DNA of 64,000 nucleotides from assembly GCA_963792405.1 (NCBI GenBank), contig CAWBVU010000005.1, positions 198,628 through 262,627 on the forward strand, read 5' to 3'. The stretch is from an uncultured Acidimicrobiia bacterium. GTDB taxonomy: Bacteria > Actinomycetota > Acidimicrobiia > Spongiisociales > UBA5794. Both the position numbers and the translations under genes were made by a program. Under the pieces are notes generated by a model, which was given only the letters and a program-made list of their open reading frames with translations, was not told the DNA's origin and made no database searches. Every line of letters begins with the position of its first letter. The stretch's first letter is position 1. Below are positions 41,205 through 51,342 of the stretch, piece by piece.

Positions 41205-41788
41205 TGATCCTCGAAGCACAGAAGGAAGCAGCGACGAAGGCGGCCAAGACCGTGACGGACGCGACGGTGACGGTCACGGAGAAGGCGATCGATCTCGGTT
41301 CCACCGCAGGTCACAAGGCGAGCGACATGGGCTCGTCCGCCGTGACGACGATCACCGAGACCGCTACCGAGGTCTTCCACATCGGCAGTGATCTCGCGTC
41401 GAAGGGCGTCCTTCGCGTGAAGGAGTTCAAGCTCGGCGACAAGAACGTCGGAGAGCGTGCCCAGGCGACCGTCGAGACGGTCTCGGAGCGAATCGACATC
41501 GATCAGTTCCAGGATCAGGTCGCGAAGCTCCGCCATCAGATGGAGAGCGTGATGGGGACGTGGAAGGAGACCTTCCGTCCGGCGGCCCCTGCCGAGAAGC
41601 CTGCCCCTGCCGCGAAGGCGACCACGACCCGGACCACGACCGCCAAGAAGGCCCCCGCCAAGAAGGCGCCTGCCAAGAAGGCGACCACGACCCGGACCAC
41701 GACCGCCAAGAAGGCGCCTGCCAAGAAGGCGACCGCGACCCGGACCACGACCGCCAAGAAGGCCCCCGCGCCCAAGGCGACGACGTAA
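41201..41788 (+). CDS. HbhA-like protein with a C-terminal Lys/Ala/Thr-rich repeat tail
   Basis: Start overlaps the XRE stop (ATGATGA); repeated TTTRTTTAKKAPAKKA tail, probably nucleic-acid or heparin binding. Confidence 0.5.
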   Translation: MMILEAQKEAATKAAKTVTDATVTVTEKAIDLGSTAGHKASDMGSSAVTTITETATEVFHIGSDLASKGVLRVKEFKLGDKNVGERAQATVETVSERIDIDQFQDQVAKLRHQMESVMGTWKETFRPAAPAEKPAPAAKATTTRTTTAKKAPAKKAPAKKATTTRTTTAKKAPAKKATATRTTTAKKAPAPKATT

Positions 41789-41848
41789 CACCGATCCAGC
41801 CGTCAGCGGGATCCGCGTCCGCGGGTCCCGCTGACGCGTCGGACGGAA

Positions 41849-42253
41849 TCAGGACACGACGAGCGGTTCGATCTCGTGTGCGCCGTCGATCCATCCCTGC
41901 ACCATCTCGACGGTGGGGAGACGCTGGACGAGACGGCGTTTCGTGTTCGCCTGGGTCACCGTCACCATCAGGTTGGCGGCGTTGCGCCGTCGGAGCGCCT
42001 TGATGGTGTCCACGCCACCGGCCGCCAGAAGGTCTGCGTACTCGGACCCGATCCCCTTGATCCGCATGAGATCGGCCTGTTGTGCCCAGCGGAGAAGCTC
42101 GGTGGTCGGGATGCCCGTGCGCTCGGAGAGATCCGCCCTGCCGCTCCGGGTCGATGCCTGCTGCAGGAGGGACTCCGTGGTGCGAACCCTGGCCTTCCTC
42201 AGTTTCGTCGCCTCTCGATGACGGATCGGACGAATCGCCGCTATCGAAGCCAT
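41849..42253 (-). CDS. DUF4332-like helix-hairpin-helix protein
   Basis: LMRIKGIGSEYADLLAAGGVDTIKAL helix-hairpin-helix motif. Confidence 0.5.
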   Translation of the reverse strand: MASIAAIRPIRHREATKLRKARVRTTESLLQQASTRSGRADLSERTGIPTTELLRWAQQADLMRIKGIGSEYADLLAAGGVDTIKALRRRNAANLMVTVTQANTKRRLVQRLPTVEMVQGWIDGAHEIEPLVVS

Positions 42254-42330
42254 CCCGAACCACTCCCTCCTGAACCAGCGCGCTCAGTGGCGCCGAGACT
42301 ACTCATGAACCGATCCGCCGTGCCGGGGTT

Positions 42331-42915
42331 TCATCGCATGGATCCCGGGAGGTCATCGGCAGTGGCGAAGATCGGGGGCGTGAGCCGATCGAGCCACACC
42401 TCCTCGGCATGTGCTCCATGCGTCGCGATGACATCGTGCACGTTGACGGCCCCCTCCAGCCCCAGGAACACGTCCCACATGCCGGCGGAGACCACAACGG
42501 GCCACCCCCTCTGGTATCGGTACTTCGGGATGACGACCTGTGCCTCGGTGGAGACCGCCCTCTCAACGAGCAGACCCACCACCGGCGCAGGTATGCCGGG
42601 CTGATCCCCGCGCGCGATCACACACCTGTCGATGGAACGATCCCTCGACAGGAGGTCGAGAGCGGCACGCAGCGGTGATGCCGTCCCCTCCCTCCATCCC
42701 GGGTCCTCGATGACGGACACCCGGGAGAGGTCGCAGAGCTCCTGGACGCGATCAGCGTCCGGACCGAGCACGACGATGACCTCATCGACAGGCCATGTCA
42801 ACGCGTCGTCGACGACGCTGTCGAGCATCGCCCTCCCGCGAACCGGTGACGCGTACTTGGGGAGCGCAAAGCCCTCCCCCTCATCTGCAGCAAGCACGAT
42901 CGCGACCGTCGACAT
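42331..42915 (-). CDS. MobA-like NTP transferase domain protein
   Basis: IVLAADEGEGF N-terminus characteristic of nucleotidyltransferase-3 folds. Confidence 0.55.
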   Translation of the reverse strand: MSTVAIVLAADEGEGFALPKYASPVRGRAMLDSVVDDALTWPVDEVIVVLGPDADRVQELCDLSRVSVIEDPGWREGTASPLRAALDLLSRDRSIDRCVIARGDQPGIPAPVVGLLVERAVSTEAQVVIPKYRYQRGWPVVVSAGMWDVFLGLEGAVNVHDVIATHGAHAEEVWLDRLTPPIFATADDLPGSMR

Positions 42916-42931
42916 GAAGGCGGCAGGCTAC

Positions 42932-43387
42932 TCAGCCTGCCGACGTCAACGCTCCGAGCAGCGCGACCTGGATCGAGGCGAGCCATGCGACCGCCGCGAG
43001 CTCCGGATCGTCCGCAATGCCGTCCTCCCAACCCGGCCCGGTGTCGAAGACGCCCGCCCGCGAAGCCAGAACCAGGCGTGCCGCATTGACCGCACGCATT
43101 GCGCCGACGGCGTCCTCCCTCACGAGCCGTGTCCTACCGTCGGCGATCGCGGCGACCACGGCCCTGTCCCCCTCCCGTTGGAGGTCGAGCTCGTCTCGTG
43201 CGAGCGCGGTGAACTCGGCCGAGGCCTCCGCGTCCTCGGGATGGGCACGACGGTTGAGCACGGCATACGCGGGATCGGTGTCATCGATGCCGATCCGCTC
43301 GAGCACTGCGACGACCTGGCCGAGGAGCACCCGCTCACGCGGCGACAGGGCGATCACCACATCGCCGCTGTCCGCCCGAGCCCTCAT
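42932..43387 (-). CDS. DUF2017-like protein (ClpS-associated)
   Basis: Lies immediately downstream of clpS, the conserved actinobacterial arrangement. Confidence 0.45.
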   Translation of the reverse strand: MRARADSGDVVIALSPRERVLLGQVVAVLERIGIDDTDPAYAVLNRRAHPEDAEASAEFTALARDELDLQREGDRAVVAAIADGRTRLVREDAVGAMRAVNAARLVLASRAGVFDTGPGWEDGIADDPELAAVAWLASIQVALLGALTSAG

Positions 43388-43394
43388 GTTCTCC

Positions 43395-43685
43395 TCACGC
43401 GTCCTGCTCCATCGTGGCCCACAGGCCATACCCGTGGAGCCGCAGGACCGCGAGCTCCGCATGTTCCCTGGTCCCGGAGAAGACCGCGGCCCTCCCCTCG
43501 TGATGCACCTGCAGCATCAGCTCGGTCGCCCGGTCCCGCGGGAGGCCGAGCACTTCCTGGAACACGAACACGACGTAGTCCATGAGATTGACCGGGTCGT
43601 CCCAGACGATCACGATCCATGGCCGATCCACATGATGGTCGGCCGTCTCCGAGGGAGCGCGTACCGGGGAAGGCGCGACCATCAC
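43395..43685 (-). CDS. clpS: ATP-dependent Clp protease adaptor ClpS
   Basis: [20 protein letters not shown] matches the ClpS core. Confidence 0.8.
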   Translation of the reverse strand: MMVAPSPVRAPSETADHHVDRPWIVIVWDDPVNLMDYVVFVFQEVLGLPRDRATELMLQVHHEGRAAVFSGTREHAELAVLRLHGYGLWATMEQDA

Positions 43686-43915
43686 TCCCCGTGGGTCCCG
43701 ACCTCCGCCGTCCGGTCACGCGAGGCGCGCCGCTGGTCGTTGATCCACGCCTCGAAGTCCTCCTTCGCCACCCGCCATTCCCTGCCGAACTTCACGGCGG
43801 GGAGCTCGCCGGAGCGAAGGACGCTCGTGACGACGAAGGTGGATACATCCATGTACTCGCAGATGTCGGCGACCGACAGCCAGGGTTTGTCCACAGCGAC
43901 CCGTACGTCGTCCAT
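43682..43915 (-). CDS. Excisionase-family/MerR-like HTH DNA-binding protein
   Basis: [41 protein letters not shown]_17 pattern; start taken at MDDV. Confidence 0.5.
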   Translation of the reverse strand: MDDVRVAVDKPWLSVADICEYMDVSTFVVTSVLRSGELPAVKFGREWRVAKEDFEAWINDQRRASRDRTAEVGTHGE

Positions 43916-44083
43916 GCCGCCAGCGTAGGCTTGCAGGTGCGATGACACCAGATGTTCGACACGTTCGACAAACCGCTTGCGCAGCCTCGGAGGAGGCCGG
44001 TATCGTCGGTGTGCTGGGAACGGACCTCCGGGTCGCACGCTATGGTCGCAGGGGCTTCGTCGGGCGGACGATCGGGAAGGTAC

Positions 44084-45184
44084 ATGGACATGATCAGCGC
44101 ATCAGCGGCTGACGCCCACCGATTTGGCCGGGTGAGGCGGAACGGCTACGACCCCGCGGAAGTCGATGCGGTGGTGGCCCGTTTGGTCGAGGCCCTCGCC
44201 ACCCAGGAGCAGCAGGCCGAGCAGCTCGAACGACGCCTCGCCGAGGCGGACGCATCTGCCGACGCGATCCGTCGCACCTTCATCGCTGCCGAGCAGACAC
44301 GAGGCCAGATCCTCGACGTCGCGAACGCCGAGGCCACCCAACTCCGTGAGCGCGCCCGGCGCGAGTCTGAAGAGGCGATCACTGCTGCACATGCACTCGC
44401 CGCGTCGATGACCGCGGACGCCGAGGCGCGGGCGGCCGACCTGAACACCGCCTCGGACCAGTTGGACAGGGACATCGCCGAGCGCAGGGCACACCTCCTC
44501 GCGCGGGCCCACGAGGAGGCGGATCAGGTTCGTACCGATGCCGAGAGCGCTGCCGCTGCACGAACCTCCGAGGCGCTCGAGGCCGCGGAGGACATCATGG
44601 CTGCTGCCCGTGCCGACGCGGAGGCCCATGTGAGGGAAGCGGCGCTGACCGCGCGGTCGGCGTCCATTGCAGCCGCATGGACCAGACGGGAGGCCCTCGC
44701 GACGGCCGAATCGATCATCGCAGACGCCAGGGATCGGGCCGCCCACATCGTCGCCGAGGCCGAGCGAGAGGGCGAGGCCGTTCAGGAGCGGTCCATCAGG
44801 CTGCAAGCGGCGATCGTGAGCCTCGAGGCATCTGCGAGGGCGATCGCCGAGGCCAGCCACGACGGGGCATCCGTCATCGACCTGGCCTCGATCGAGGCGA
44901 CGGAGCGCTCGGACGCGACCGAGGCGCCGGTCGGTGCCGGACCCGAGCAGGCAGTGGACATGGTGGCCGCCGTCGGCGTCGAGGACACCGAAGCCGGGCC
45001 CGAATCCGCGACGCCAGAGGCCGCGACCGGCCTGCTCACCGTCGCCGAGGCGACGGCCCGACTCGCCGACGATGAACCGGCGCCCACGGATCCGGGTGTG
45101 CCCAACGCCGGGCGCACGTACTACCAGCGGACGTCGGGCGTTCCCCTCAGTGAGAGGGTCAAGATCGCCAAGAAGTCCGGCTGA
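44084..45184 (+). CDS. DivIVA domain protein with a long Ala/Glu-rich coiled coil
   Basis: FGRVRRNGYDPAEVDAVVARL N-terminal DivIVA motif; RBS GGAAGG. Confidence 0.65.
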   Translation: MDMISASAADAHRFGRVRRNGYDPAEVDAVVARLVEALATQEQQAEQLERRLAEADASADAIRRTFIAAEQTRGQILDVANAEATQLRERARRESEEAITAAHALAASMTADAEARAADLNTASDQLDRDIAERRAHLLARAHEEADQVRTDAESAAAARTSEALEAAEDIMAAARADAEAHVREAALTARSASIAAAWTRREALATAESIIADARDRAAHIVAEAEREGEAVQERSIRLQAAIVSLEASARAIAEASHDGASVIDLASIEATERSDATEAPVGAGPEQAVDMVAAVGVEDTEAGPESATPEAATGLLTVAEATARLADDEPAPTDPGVPNAGRTYYQRTSGVPLSERVKIAKKSG

Positions 45185-45288
45185 GCGACTTCAGGGCGCG
45201 GGCGGGGTGACGCACCGGTGGGGACACCCACCGGTGTTCGTCATTCCGGGCGGAGCATCCCGCTCGGGCACGATCGAGAAAACCCGGA

Positions 45289-45332
45289 ATTGATCCGCAC
45301 CGACTCAAGTTAGTATCCTTGTAGCGACTCAA
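45289..45332 (+). promoter_or_regulatory. dnaK promoter region with HAIR-like HspR half-sites
   Basis: TTGATC, spacer, TAGTAT, with GACTCAAG, CCTTG and ACTCAAA motifs overlapping. Confidence 0.35.
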
Positions 45333-45390
45333 ACATCTCCCATGCCTGGGGCTGACGCGCCCCCTGGCACGACCTACAAGGAGCACACAC

Positions 45391-47223
45391 ATGGCACGAG
45401 CGGTCGGCATCGACCTCGGTACGACCAACTCGGTGATCGCGACCCTCGAGGGCGGCGAACCGAAGGTCATCGCAAACGCCGAAGGGCACCGGACGACACC
45501 TTCGGTGGTGGCATTTGCGAAGAACGGCGACGTCCTCGTCGGTGATCAGGCAAAGCGCCAGGCGATCACCAACCCCGAGCGGACGGTCCGATCGGTCAAG
45601 CGGCACATGGGCACGGACTGGTCGATCGACATCGACGGCAAGTCCTACACGGCGCAGGAGATCTCCGCACGCATCCTGCAGAAGCTGAAGAAGGACGCCG
45701 AGGCCTTCCTCGGCGAGCCGATCACCAAGGCCGTCATCACCGTGCCCGCCTACTTCGGTGATGCCCAGCGCCAGGCGACGAAGGAGGCAGGACAGATCGC
45801 CGGCCTCGAGGTGGAGCGCATCGTGAACGAGCCCACCGCCGCGTCGCTCGCCTATGGCCTCGACAAGAACAACGACGAGCTGATCCTCGTCTTCGACCTC
45901 GGGGGTGGCACGTTCGACGTGTCGGTGCTCGAGATCGGTGAGGGCGTCTTCGAGGTCAAGTCCACCGCGGGTGACACGCACCTCGGCGGCGACGACTGGG
46001 ACGACAAGATCATCGCGTGGCTCGTCGACGGCTTCAAGGCCGACAACGGCATCGACCTGTCGAAGGATCCGATGGCGCTCACGAGGCTCAAGGAGGCCGC
46101 GGAGAAGGCGAAGATCGAGCTGTCGTCCGTCCAGTCGACCGAGATCAACCTCCCCTTCATCACGGCGAACGCAGATGGGCCGATCCACATGCTCACGACG
46201 CTGACGCGCTCGGAGTTCGAGCGGATGACCGCGGATCTCGTGGAGCGGACCCGCTCGCCCTTCGAGAGGGCGATCAAGGACGCGGGCGTCTCGGTAACCG
46301 ACATCGACCATGTGATCCTCGTCGGCGGCTCGACCAGGATCCCCTCCGTGCAGGCGCTCGTCACCGAGCTCGCGGGGAAGGAACCGAACAAGAGCGTGAA
46401 CCCCGACGAGGTCGTGGCCCTCGGCGCTGCGATCCAGGCAGGTGTCCTCACTGGCGACGTCTCGGGGATCCTGCTGCTCGACGTCACCCCGCTCACCCTG
46501 GGGGTGGAGACCGAAGGCGGCGTGTTCACGAGGATGATCGAGCGGAACACCACCATCCCGACGCGGAGGTCGGAGATCTTCACGACGGCGGCGGACAGCC
46601 AGCCGGAGGTCGAGGTCCACGTTCTGCAGGGCGAGCGAGCGATGGCTGGCGACAACATGAGCCTCGGGAGGTTCAAGCTCCAGGGCCTGCCGCCCGCACC
46701 GCGCGGCGTGCCCCAGATCGAGGTCACCTTCGACATCGATGCGAACGGCATCGTGTCGGTGTCGGCCAAGGACCTCGGCACCGGCAAGACCCAACAGGTC
46801 ACGATCACTGGTGGGACCGCACTCGATCAGAACCAGATCGACCAGATGATCAAGGACGCCGAGGCGCATGCGGCACAAGACGCAGAACGCAGGGAGGCGG
46901 CCGAGGCCCGCAACGCGGCAGATCATGCGGTCCACACGGTCGGCAAGCAGCTCGCAGAGCACGGGGACAAGCTCACCGACGACGAGAAGGCACCGATCCA
47001 GTCGAAGCTCGACGAGGTGAAGAAGCTCCACGACGACGAAGGCGCCTCCACGGAGGCCCTGCGGACCGCCACGACCGAGCTGCTCCAGAGCGCCCAGGTC
47101 ATCGGGCAGAAGATGTACGAGGCCGCCCAGGCGGAGTCGGCGACACCGGAGGCTGCGGACGGCCCGTCCGCCGATGGCGACGAGGTGGTCGAGGCGGAGG
47201 TCGTCGAGGACGACGAGTCGTAG
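45391..47223 (+). CDS. dnaK: Chaperone DnaK (Hsp70)
   Basis: [16 protein letters not shown] and the full Hsp70 architecture. Confidence 0.95.
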   Translation: MARAVGIDLGTTNSVIATLEGGEPKVIANAEGHRTTPSVVAFAKNGDVLVGDQAKRQAITNPERTVRSVKRHMGTDWSIDIDGKSYTAQEISARILQKLKKDAEAFLGEPITKAVITVPAYFGDAQRQATKEAGQIAGLEVERIVNEPTAASLAYGLDKNNDELILVFDLGGGTFDVSVLEIGEGVFEVKSTAGDTHLGGDDWDDKIIAWLVDGFKADNGIDLSKDPMALTRLKEAAEKAKIELSSVQSTEINLPFITANADGPIHMLTTLTRSEFERMTADLVERTRSPFERAIKDAGVSVTDIDHVILVGGSTRIPSVQALVTELAGKEPNKSVNPDEVVALGAAIQAGVLTGDVSGILLLDVTPLTLGVETEGGVFTRMIERNTTIPTRRSEIFTTAADSQPEVEVHVLQGERAMAGDNMSLGRFKLQGLPPAPRGVPQIEVTFDIDANGIVSVSAKDLGTGKTQQVTITGGTALDQNQIDQMIKDAEAHAAQDAERREAAEARNAADHAVHTVGKQLAEHGDKLTDDEKAPIQSKLDEVKKLHDDEGASTEALRTATTELLQSAQVIGQKMYEAAQAESATPEAADGPSADGDEVVEAEVVEDDES

Positions 47224-47239
47224 GCACCACGACCACACG

Positions 47240-47893
47240 ATGAACATGATGAACGAGCACACGAACACGAACGACGGCCCCTCGCCCGATCAGGGCGAGG
47301 GGATCGTCGAGGTCATCGACACTGCCGAGGCCCACACCCTCGCCCCCGACGCCGACGTCGTCACCGCGAACGGTGATCTCGCGGCAGAGGCCGAGCACTG
47401 GGGGCTCAGCCTCCCCGACGATCCCCATGAGGCCCGGGACCTGCTCCTGAGGGAGCTCGCGGATGCACGACAGGAGAGCGGCGAGCTGCTCGCCAGCCTC
47501 CAACGTGTCGTCGCGGAGTTCGACAACTACCGCAAGCGCACCGAGCGAGACCAGGTCGAGAACGTCCAGAGGGCGGGCCAGCGGGTGATCCAATCAATCC
47601 TCCCCACGCTCGACAGCCTCGGTGCCGCCCTGGCGATCGATGCCACGACGGAGGCCGAGGAGCGGATGATCGAGGGGATGCGCGGCACCGAGGCGCTCCT
47701 CCTCGAGGCCCTCCGCGCCGAGGGTTTCGAGCCGATCGATGCCGTCGGCGCACCGTTCGACCCGGCTCTGCACGAGGCCGTCCAGGTCGTGCCCGGCGAG
47801 GGCGATCAGATCGTCCAGCAGGAACTGAGGAAGGGATACGTGATGCGGGGCAGGGTCATCAGGCCGACCCTCGTCGTGGTCGGCTATGCGTAA
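47240..47893 (+). CDS. grpE: Nucleotide exchange factor GrpE
   Basis: Position within the operon and GrpE C-terminal homology. Confidence 0.9.
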   Translation: MNMMNEHTNTNDGPSPDQGEGIVEVIDTAEAHTLAPDADVVTANGDLAAEAEHWGLSLPDDPHEARDLLLRELADARQESGELLASLQRVVAEFDNYRKRTERDQVENVQRAGQRVIQSILPTLDSLGAALAIDATTEAEERMIEGMRGTEALLLEALRAEGFEPIDAVGAPFDPALHEAVQVVPGEGDQIVQQELRKGYVMRGRVIRPTLVVVGYA

Positions 47894-48809
47894 GGAATGG
47901 CTCGAGAAGGACTACTACGCCGAGCTCGGCGTGGGCAAGGACGCCTCCGCGAAGGAGATCAAGAAGGCGTTCCGGTCCTTGGCGCGCCAGTACCACCCCG
48001 ACAACAACCCCGGAGACTCCGAGGCCGAAGCGAGGTTCAAGGAGATCAACGAGGCGTACGACACGCTCAGCGAAGAGGAGACCCGCAAGGAGTACGACCA
48101 CGCCCGGGAGATGGGGTACTTCGTCGGTGGCCCGTCGGGAGGCCAGCAGTACGTGCGCGTCGAGGACCTGTTCGGGAACGGTTTCGGTGACGGTCCCGGC
48201 GGCTCGTTCCAGGACGTCTTCGGCGGTTTCCAGGACCTCTTCGGACGAGGCGCGACCCGTCCCCCGAGGCAGGCGAAGGGCCAGGACGTCTCGGGCTCCA
48301 TCAACCTCACCTTCCACGAGGCCCTCACGGGCGTCATGAGGGAGTTCACCGTCGGCGACCAGTCGGTCAAGGTGCGCATCCCGAAGGGGGTCGCCAACGG
48401 AACGAGGGTCAAGGTTGCCGGAAAGGGCGGGCAGGGCCTCAACGGGGGTCCGGCGGGGGACCTGTTCGTGACGGTCCACGTCGGGAACCATCCGGTGTTC
48501 CACCGCAAGGGCAAGAAGGATCTGGCCATCACCGTACCGCTGAGCTACACGGAAGCGGCGCTCGGCGCCGTGGTGACGGTGCCGACCCTTTCGGGGACGA
48601 CGAGGATCAAGGTCCCCGCAGGCACCCAGAGTGGGACCACGATGCGTGTGTCGGGGAAGGGCGTCGAGACGGCGAACGGGACGGGCGACCTGCACGTCAC
48701 GCTCGAGGTGGCAGTGCCCAAGGAGATCTCGGACGCCGAGCGCGATGCCCTCGAGGCGCTGCGCAGCGCGGAGTCCGCGTGGAACCCTCGGGCGAAGTTG
48801 GGGGTGTGA
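47886..48809 (+). CDS. dnaJ: J-domain chaperone (DnaJ/CbpA type lacking a zinc finger)
   Basis: J domain DYYAELGV...HPD; no CxxCxGxG repeats. Confidence 0.85.
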   Translation: MRKEWLEKDYYAELGVGKDASAKEIKKAFRSLARQYHPDNNPGDSEAEARFKEINEAYDTLSEEETRKEYDHAREMGYFVGGPSGGQQYVRVEDLFGNGFGDGPGGSFQDVFGGFQDLFGRGATRPPRQAKGQDVSGSINLTFHEALTGVMREFTVGDQSVKVRIPKGVANGTRVKVAGKGGQGLNGGPAGDLFVTVHVGNHPVFHRKGKKDLAITVPLSYTEAALGAVVTVPTLSGTTRIKVPAGTQSGTTMRVSGKGVETANGTGDLHVTLEVAVPKEISDAERDALEALRSAESAWNPRAKLGV

Positions 48810-48810
48810 C

Positions 48811-49206
48811 ATGAGTGATCAGAAGGATGCCGTCTACATCATCTCGGTGGCGGCGGAGATCGTCGGCATGCATCCCCAGACCCTCCGCGTCTACGAGCGC
48901 AAGGGGCTCGTGGAGCCGTACCGCACGCCGGGCGGTACCCGCAGGTACAGCCAGGCGGACCTCGAGCGCCTCCTGCTCATCCAGGATCTGTCGAACGAGG
49001 GGGTCAACATCGAGGGCATCAAGCGCATCCTCAGACTCCAAGCCGACAACGCACGGCTGCGCTCGCAGGTCGATCGGCTCCGCAGGCTCCTCGAGGAGGC
49101 GGAAGCCCGGCGTGGCGACCGAAGCCACTCGATGTTGATCGAAGTCGGGCGCACGCAGAAGCGTCCCCTGCCCGCCATCCGCAGGCAGGACCCCTTCGAA
49201 CAGTGA
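48811..49206 (+). CDS. hspR: Heat-shock repressor HspR (MerR family)
   Basis: VYIISVAAEIVGMHPQTLRVYERKGL MerR-family HTH motif. Confidence 0.85.
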   Translation: MSDQKDAVYIISVAAEIVGMHPQTLRVYERKGLVEPYRTPGGTRRYSQADLERLLLIQDLSNEGVNIEGIKRILRLQADNARLRSQVDRLRRLLEEAEARRGDRSHSMLIEVGRTQKRPLPAIRRQDPFEQ

Positions 49207-49335
49207 CGTTCCGGCGACGGGCATGCCGGAGCCGTCACCCGGAGGCGAGTGATCTCAGTTCCGACGCCACCATCGCGTCGGTGATGAGTGCGTGCCGCTC
49301 GACTGCGAACTGCGGCCACGGCGCATCGGTCGCCG

Positions 49336-51342
49336 TCAGCCGGCGCGGGGCGCGACGAGGTCGTAGCCGCACCGCTCGGCGATCTCCGCGACCACCTCGG
49401 CACCGACGCCCCCCGTGCGCTGTGGTTCCTGGACGAACAGGAGCTTCCCGGTCCTGCGGACCGACGCCTCGACCGTCTCGACGTCCCACGGGTAGATGGT
49501 CCGAAGGTCGATCACCTCGGTGTCGATGCCATCTGCGGTGACGGCGTCCGCAGCGCGCAGGGACACGGGCACCATGCCGCCATAGGTGACGAGCGTGACG
49601 TCGCGCCCAGCCCGTGCACACCGGGCCCTGCCGATGGGGAGCTCGTATCTCGCATCGGGAACCGCCTCCCTGCCCGACCGATACAGCACCTTCGGCTCGA
49701 GGAACACCACGGGATCCGGCGACCGGATCGCCGCCGCGAGCAGCCCCTTCGCGTCCTTCGGCGTCGACGGAACGATCACCACGACGCCGGGGACGTGGGC
49801 GAAGTACGCCTCGGGGCTGTCACAGTGGTGCTCGTGGGCGCCGATCCCCGCACCGTTCGGCATCCGCAGGACCATCGGCAGCGACGTGTTGCCCCGGGAT
49901 CGAAAACGGATGCGCCCGAGATGGCTCGCGATCTGGTCGAACGCGGGATAGGCGAAGCCCTCGAACTGGATCTCGGCGATGGGTCTCAGCCCGGCCATGG
50001 CCATGCCGATCGCCGTACCGACGATCCCGGACTCGTTGATCGGGGTGTCGATGACCCGGTCCGGGCCGAACTCGTCGAGGAGCCCCTCCGAGATCCTGAA
50101 CACACCGCCCGCGACCGCAACATCCTCGCCGAGGATCACGGTCGTCGGGTCCGCAGCCATCTCCTGGCGGAGCGCGGCGTTGATCGCTCCGGCCATGGTC
50201 ATCTCGCTCGTTGGGCCGTCGGGCAGGTCGTCGTCACCGATCGACCAGGTCACGGAGTCAGGGAGTGTCGTCGGCGGTTCCCCCGCGTCCGTCTCGAGCC
50301 TGTTGAGCTGCTCGAGCATCCCGGCGGGAATGCGATCGAACACGTTGGCGATGATGTCCGCTCGTGGGGGGAGCTCCATCGACGTCACGCGATCGAGTGC
50401 CTCGTCGAATGCCTCGGTCGCCCTACGCAACGCCTCCTCCTCGTCTGCGTCAGACCACCACCCTCGGGCTTCGAGGAACATCCGCATCCGGGACAAGGGA
50501 TCCAGCGGCCTCCACAGGGCCTCCTCCTCCTTCGTGCGATACAACCCGGGATCGTCGGCGGTGGCATGCGGGCCGAAGCGGTAGCACACCGCCTCGACGA
50601 GGGTCGGACCGCCTCCCCCGGACGCCCGCTCGACGGCCCTTCGCGTGGCGTCGTAGACGGCGAGCACATCGAACCCGTTCACACGCTCGGAGGCGATGCC
50701 ATATCCGAGGGCCTTCGATGCGAGGTCGGGCGCAGCCGTTTGCTGCTCGTACGGCACCGAGATGGCGTAGAAATTGTTCGAGACGATGAACACCGTCGGT
50801 GTCGTCCACACGCCTGCGAAGTTGACGCCCGAGTGGAAGTCGTTCTCGGACGTTCCCCCATCCCCGATGTAGGCGACCGTGACCACGTCGTTGCCGCGCA
50901 GGCGTTCGGCGTAGGCATGCCCGACGGCGTGGGGGAGGTGACTGCCGATGGGCACCGTCACCACCATCTGGTGCATGGCAGGGGGATCCCATGTGGCGTT
51001 CGGGAGCCCTCGCCAGTAGGCGAGGATCGTGTCATACGGCATCCCACGGGCGATCTGAACGCCGTGTTCACGGTAGCCGGGGTAGACGAAGTCTTCCGGC
51101 CGCAGGGCGTGGGCGCTCCCGACCTGGATCGCCTCGTGGCCCTCTGCGATCGCGTACGTGCCCAGCCTCCCCTGCCGCTGAGCAGCAGTGGCCCTCCGAT
51201 CGAACACCCGCGTGCGCACCATGTCGCGGTAGAGGTCGACCGCCAGGGCCTTCGTCACCCAGGACACGTCGCCGACGGCCTCCCCGTCGAGCCCCACGAC
51301 CTCGGTCAGGGCGCCCCAGTCGATGTCGGACGGCCTAGGCAC
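49336..51342 (-). CDS. 2-oxoacid dehydrogenase E1 component with fused alpha and beta subunits (TPP-dependent)
   Basis: Alpha TPP motif GDGGTSENDFH, then the beta transketolase-like domain. GTG start lies 2 nt after the hisC-like stop. Confidence 0.75.
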   Translation of the reverse strand: MPRPSDIDWGALTEVVGLDGEAVGDVSWVTKALAVDLYRDMVRTRVFDRRATAAQRQGRLGTYAIAEGHEAIQVGSAHALRPEDFVYPGYREHGVQIARGMPYDTILAYWRGLPNATWDPPAMHQMVVTVPIGSHLPHAVGHAYAERLRGNDVVTVAYIGDGGTSENDFHSGVNFAGVWTTPTVFIVSNNFYAISVPYEQQTAAPDLASKALGYGIASERVNGFDVLAVYDATRRAVERASGGGGPTLVEAVCYRFGPHATADDPGLYRTKEEEALWRPLDPLSRMRMFLEARGWWSDADEEEALRRATEAFDEALDRVTSMELPPRADIIANVFDRIPAGMLEQLNRLETDAGEPPTTLPDSVTWSIGDDDLPDGPTSEMTMAGAINAALRQEMAADPTTVILGEDVAVAGGVFRISEGLLDEFGPDRVIDTPINESGIVGTAIGMAMAGLRPIAEIQFEGFAYPAFDQIASHLGRIRFRSRGNTSLPMVLRMPNGAGIGAHEHHCDSPEAYFAHVPGVVVIVPSTPKDAKGLLAAAIRSPDPVVFLEPKVLYRSGREAVPDARYELPIGRARCARAGRDVTLVTYGGMVPVSLRAADAVTADGIDTEVIDLRTIYPWDVETVEASVRRTGKLLFVQEPQRTGGVGAEVVAEIAERCGYDLVAPRAG

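Noticed and set aside
40223-41219. Minus-strand ORFs (171, 279 and 131 aa) across the repeat array
   Set aside because: Their sequences are repetitive translations of the palindromic repeats and they run antisense into the XRE gene; no plausible start or RBS.
45289-45332. Canonical HAIR upstream of dnaK
   Set aside because: Only half-site fragments with non-consensus spacing are present, so it is reported as HAIR-like with low confidence rather than a definite operator.
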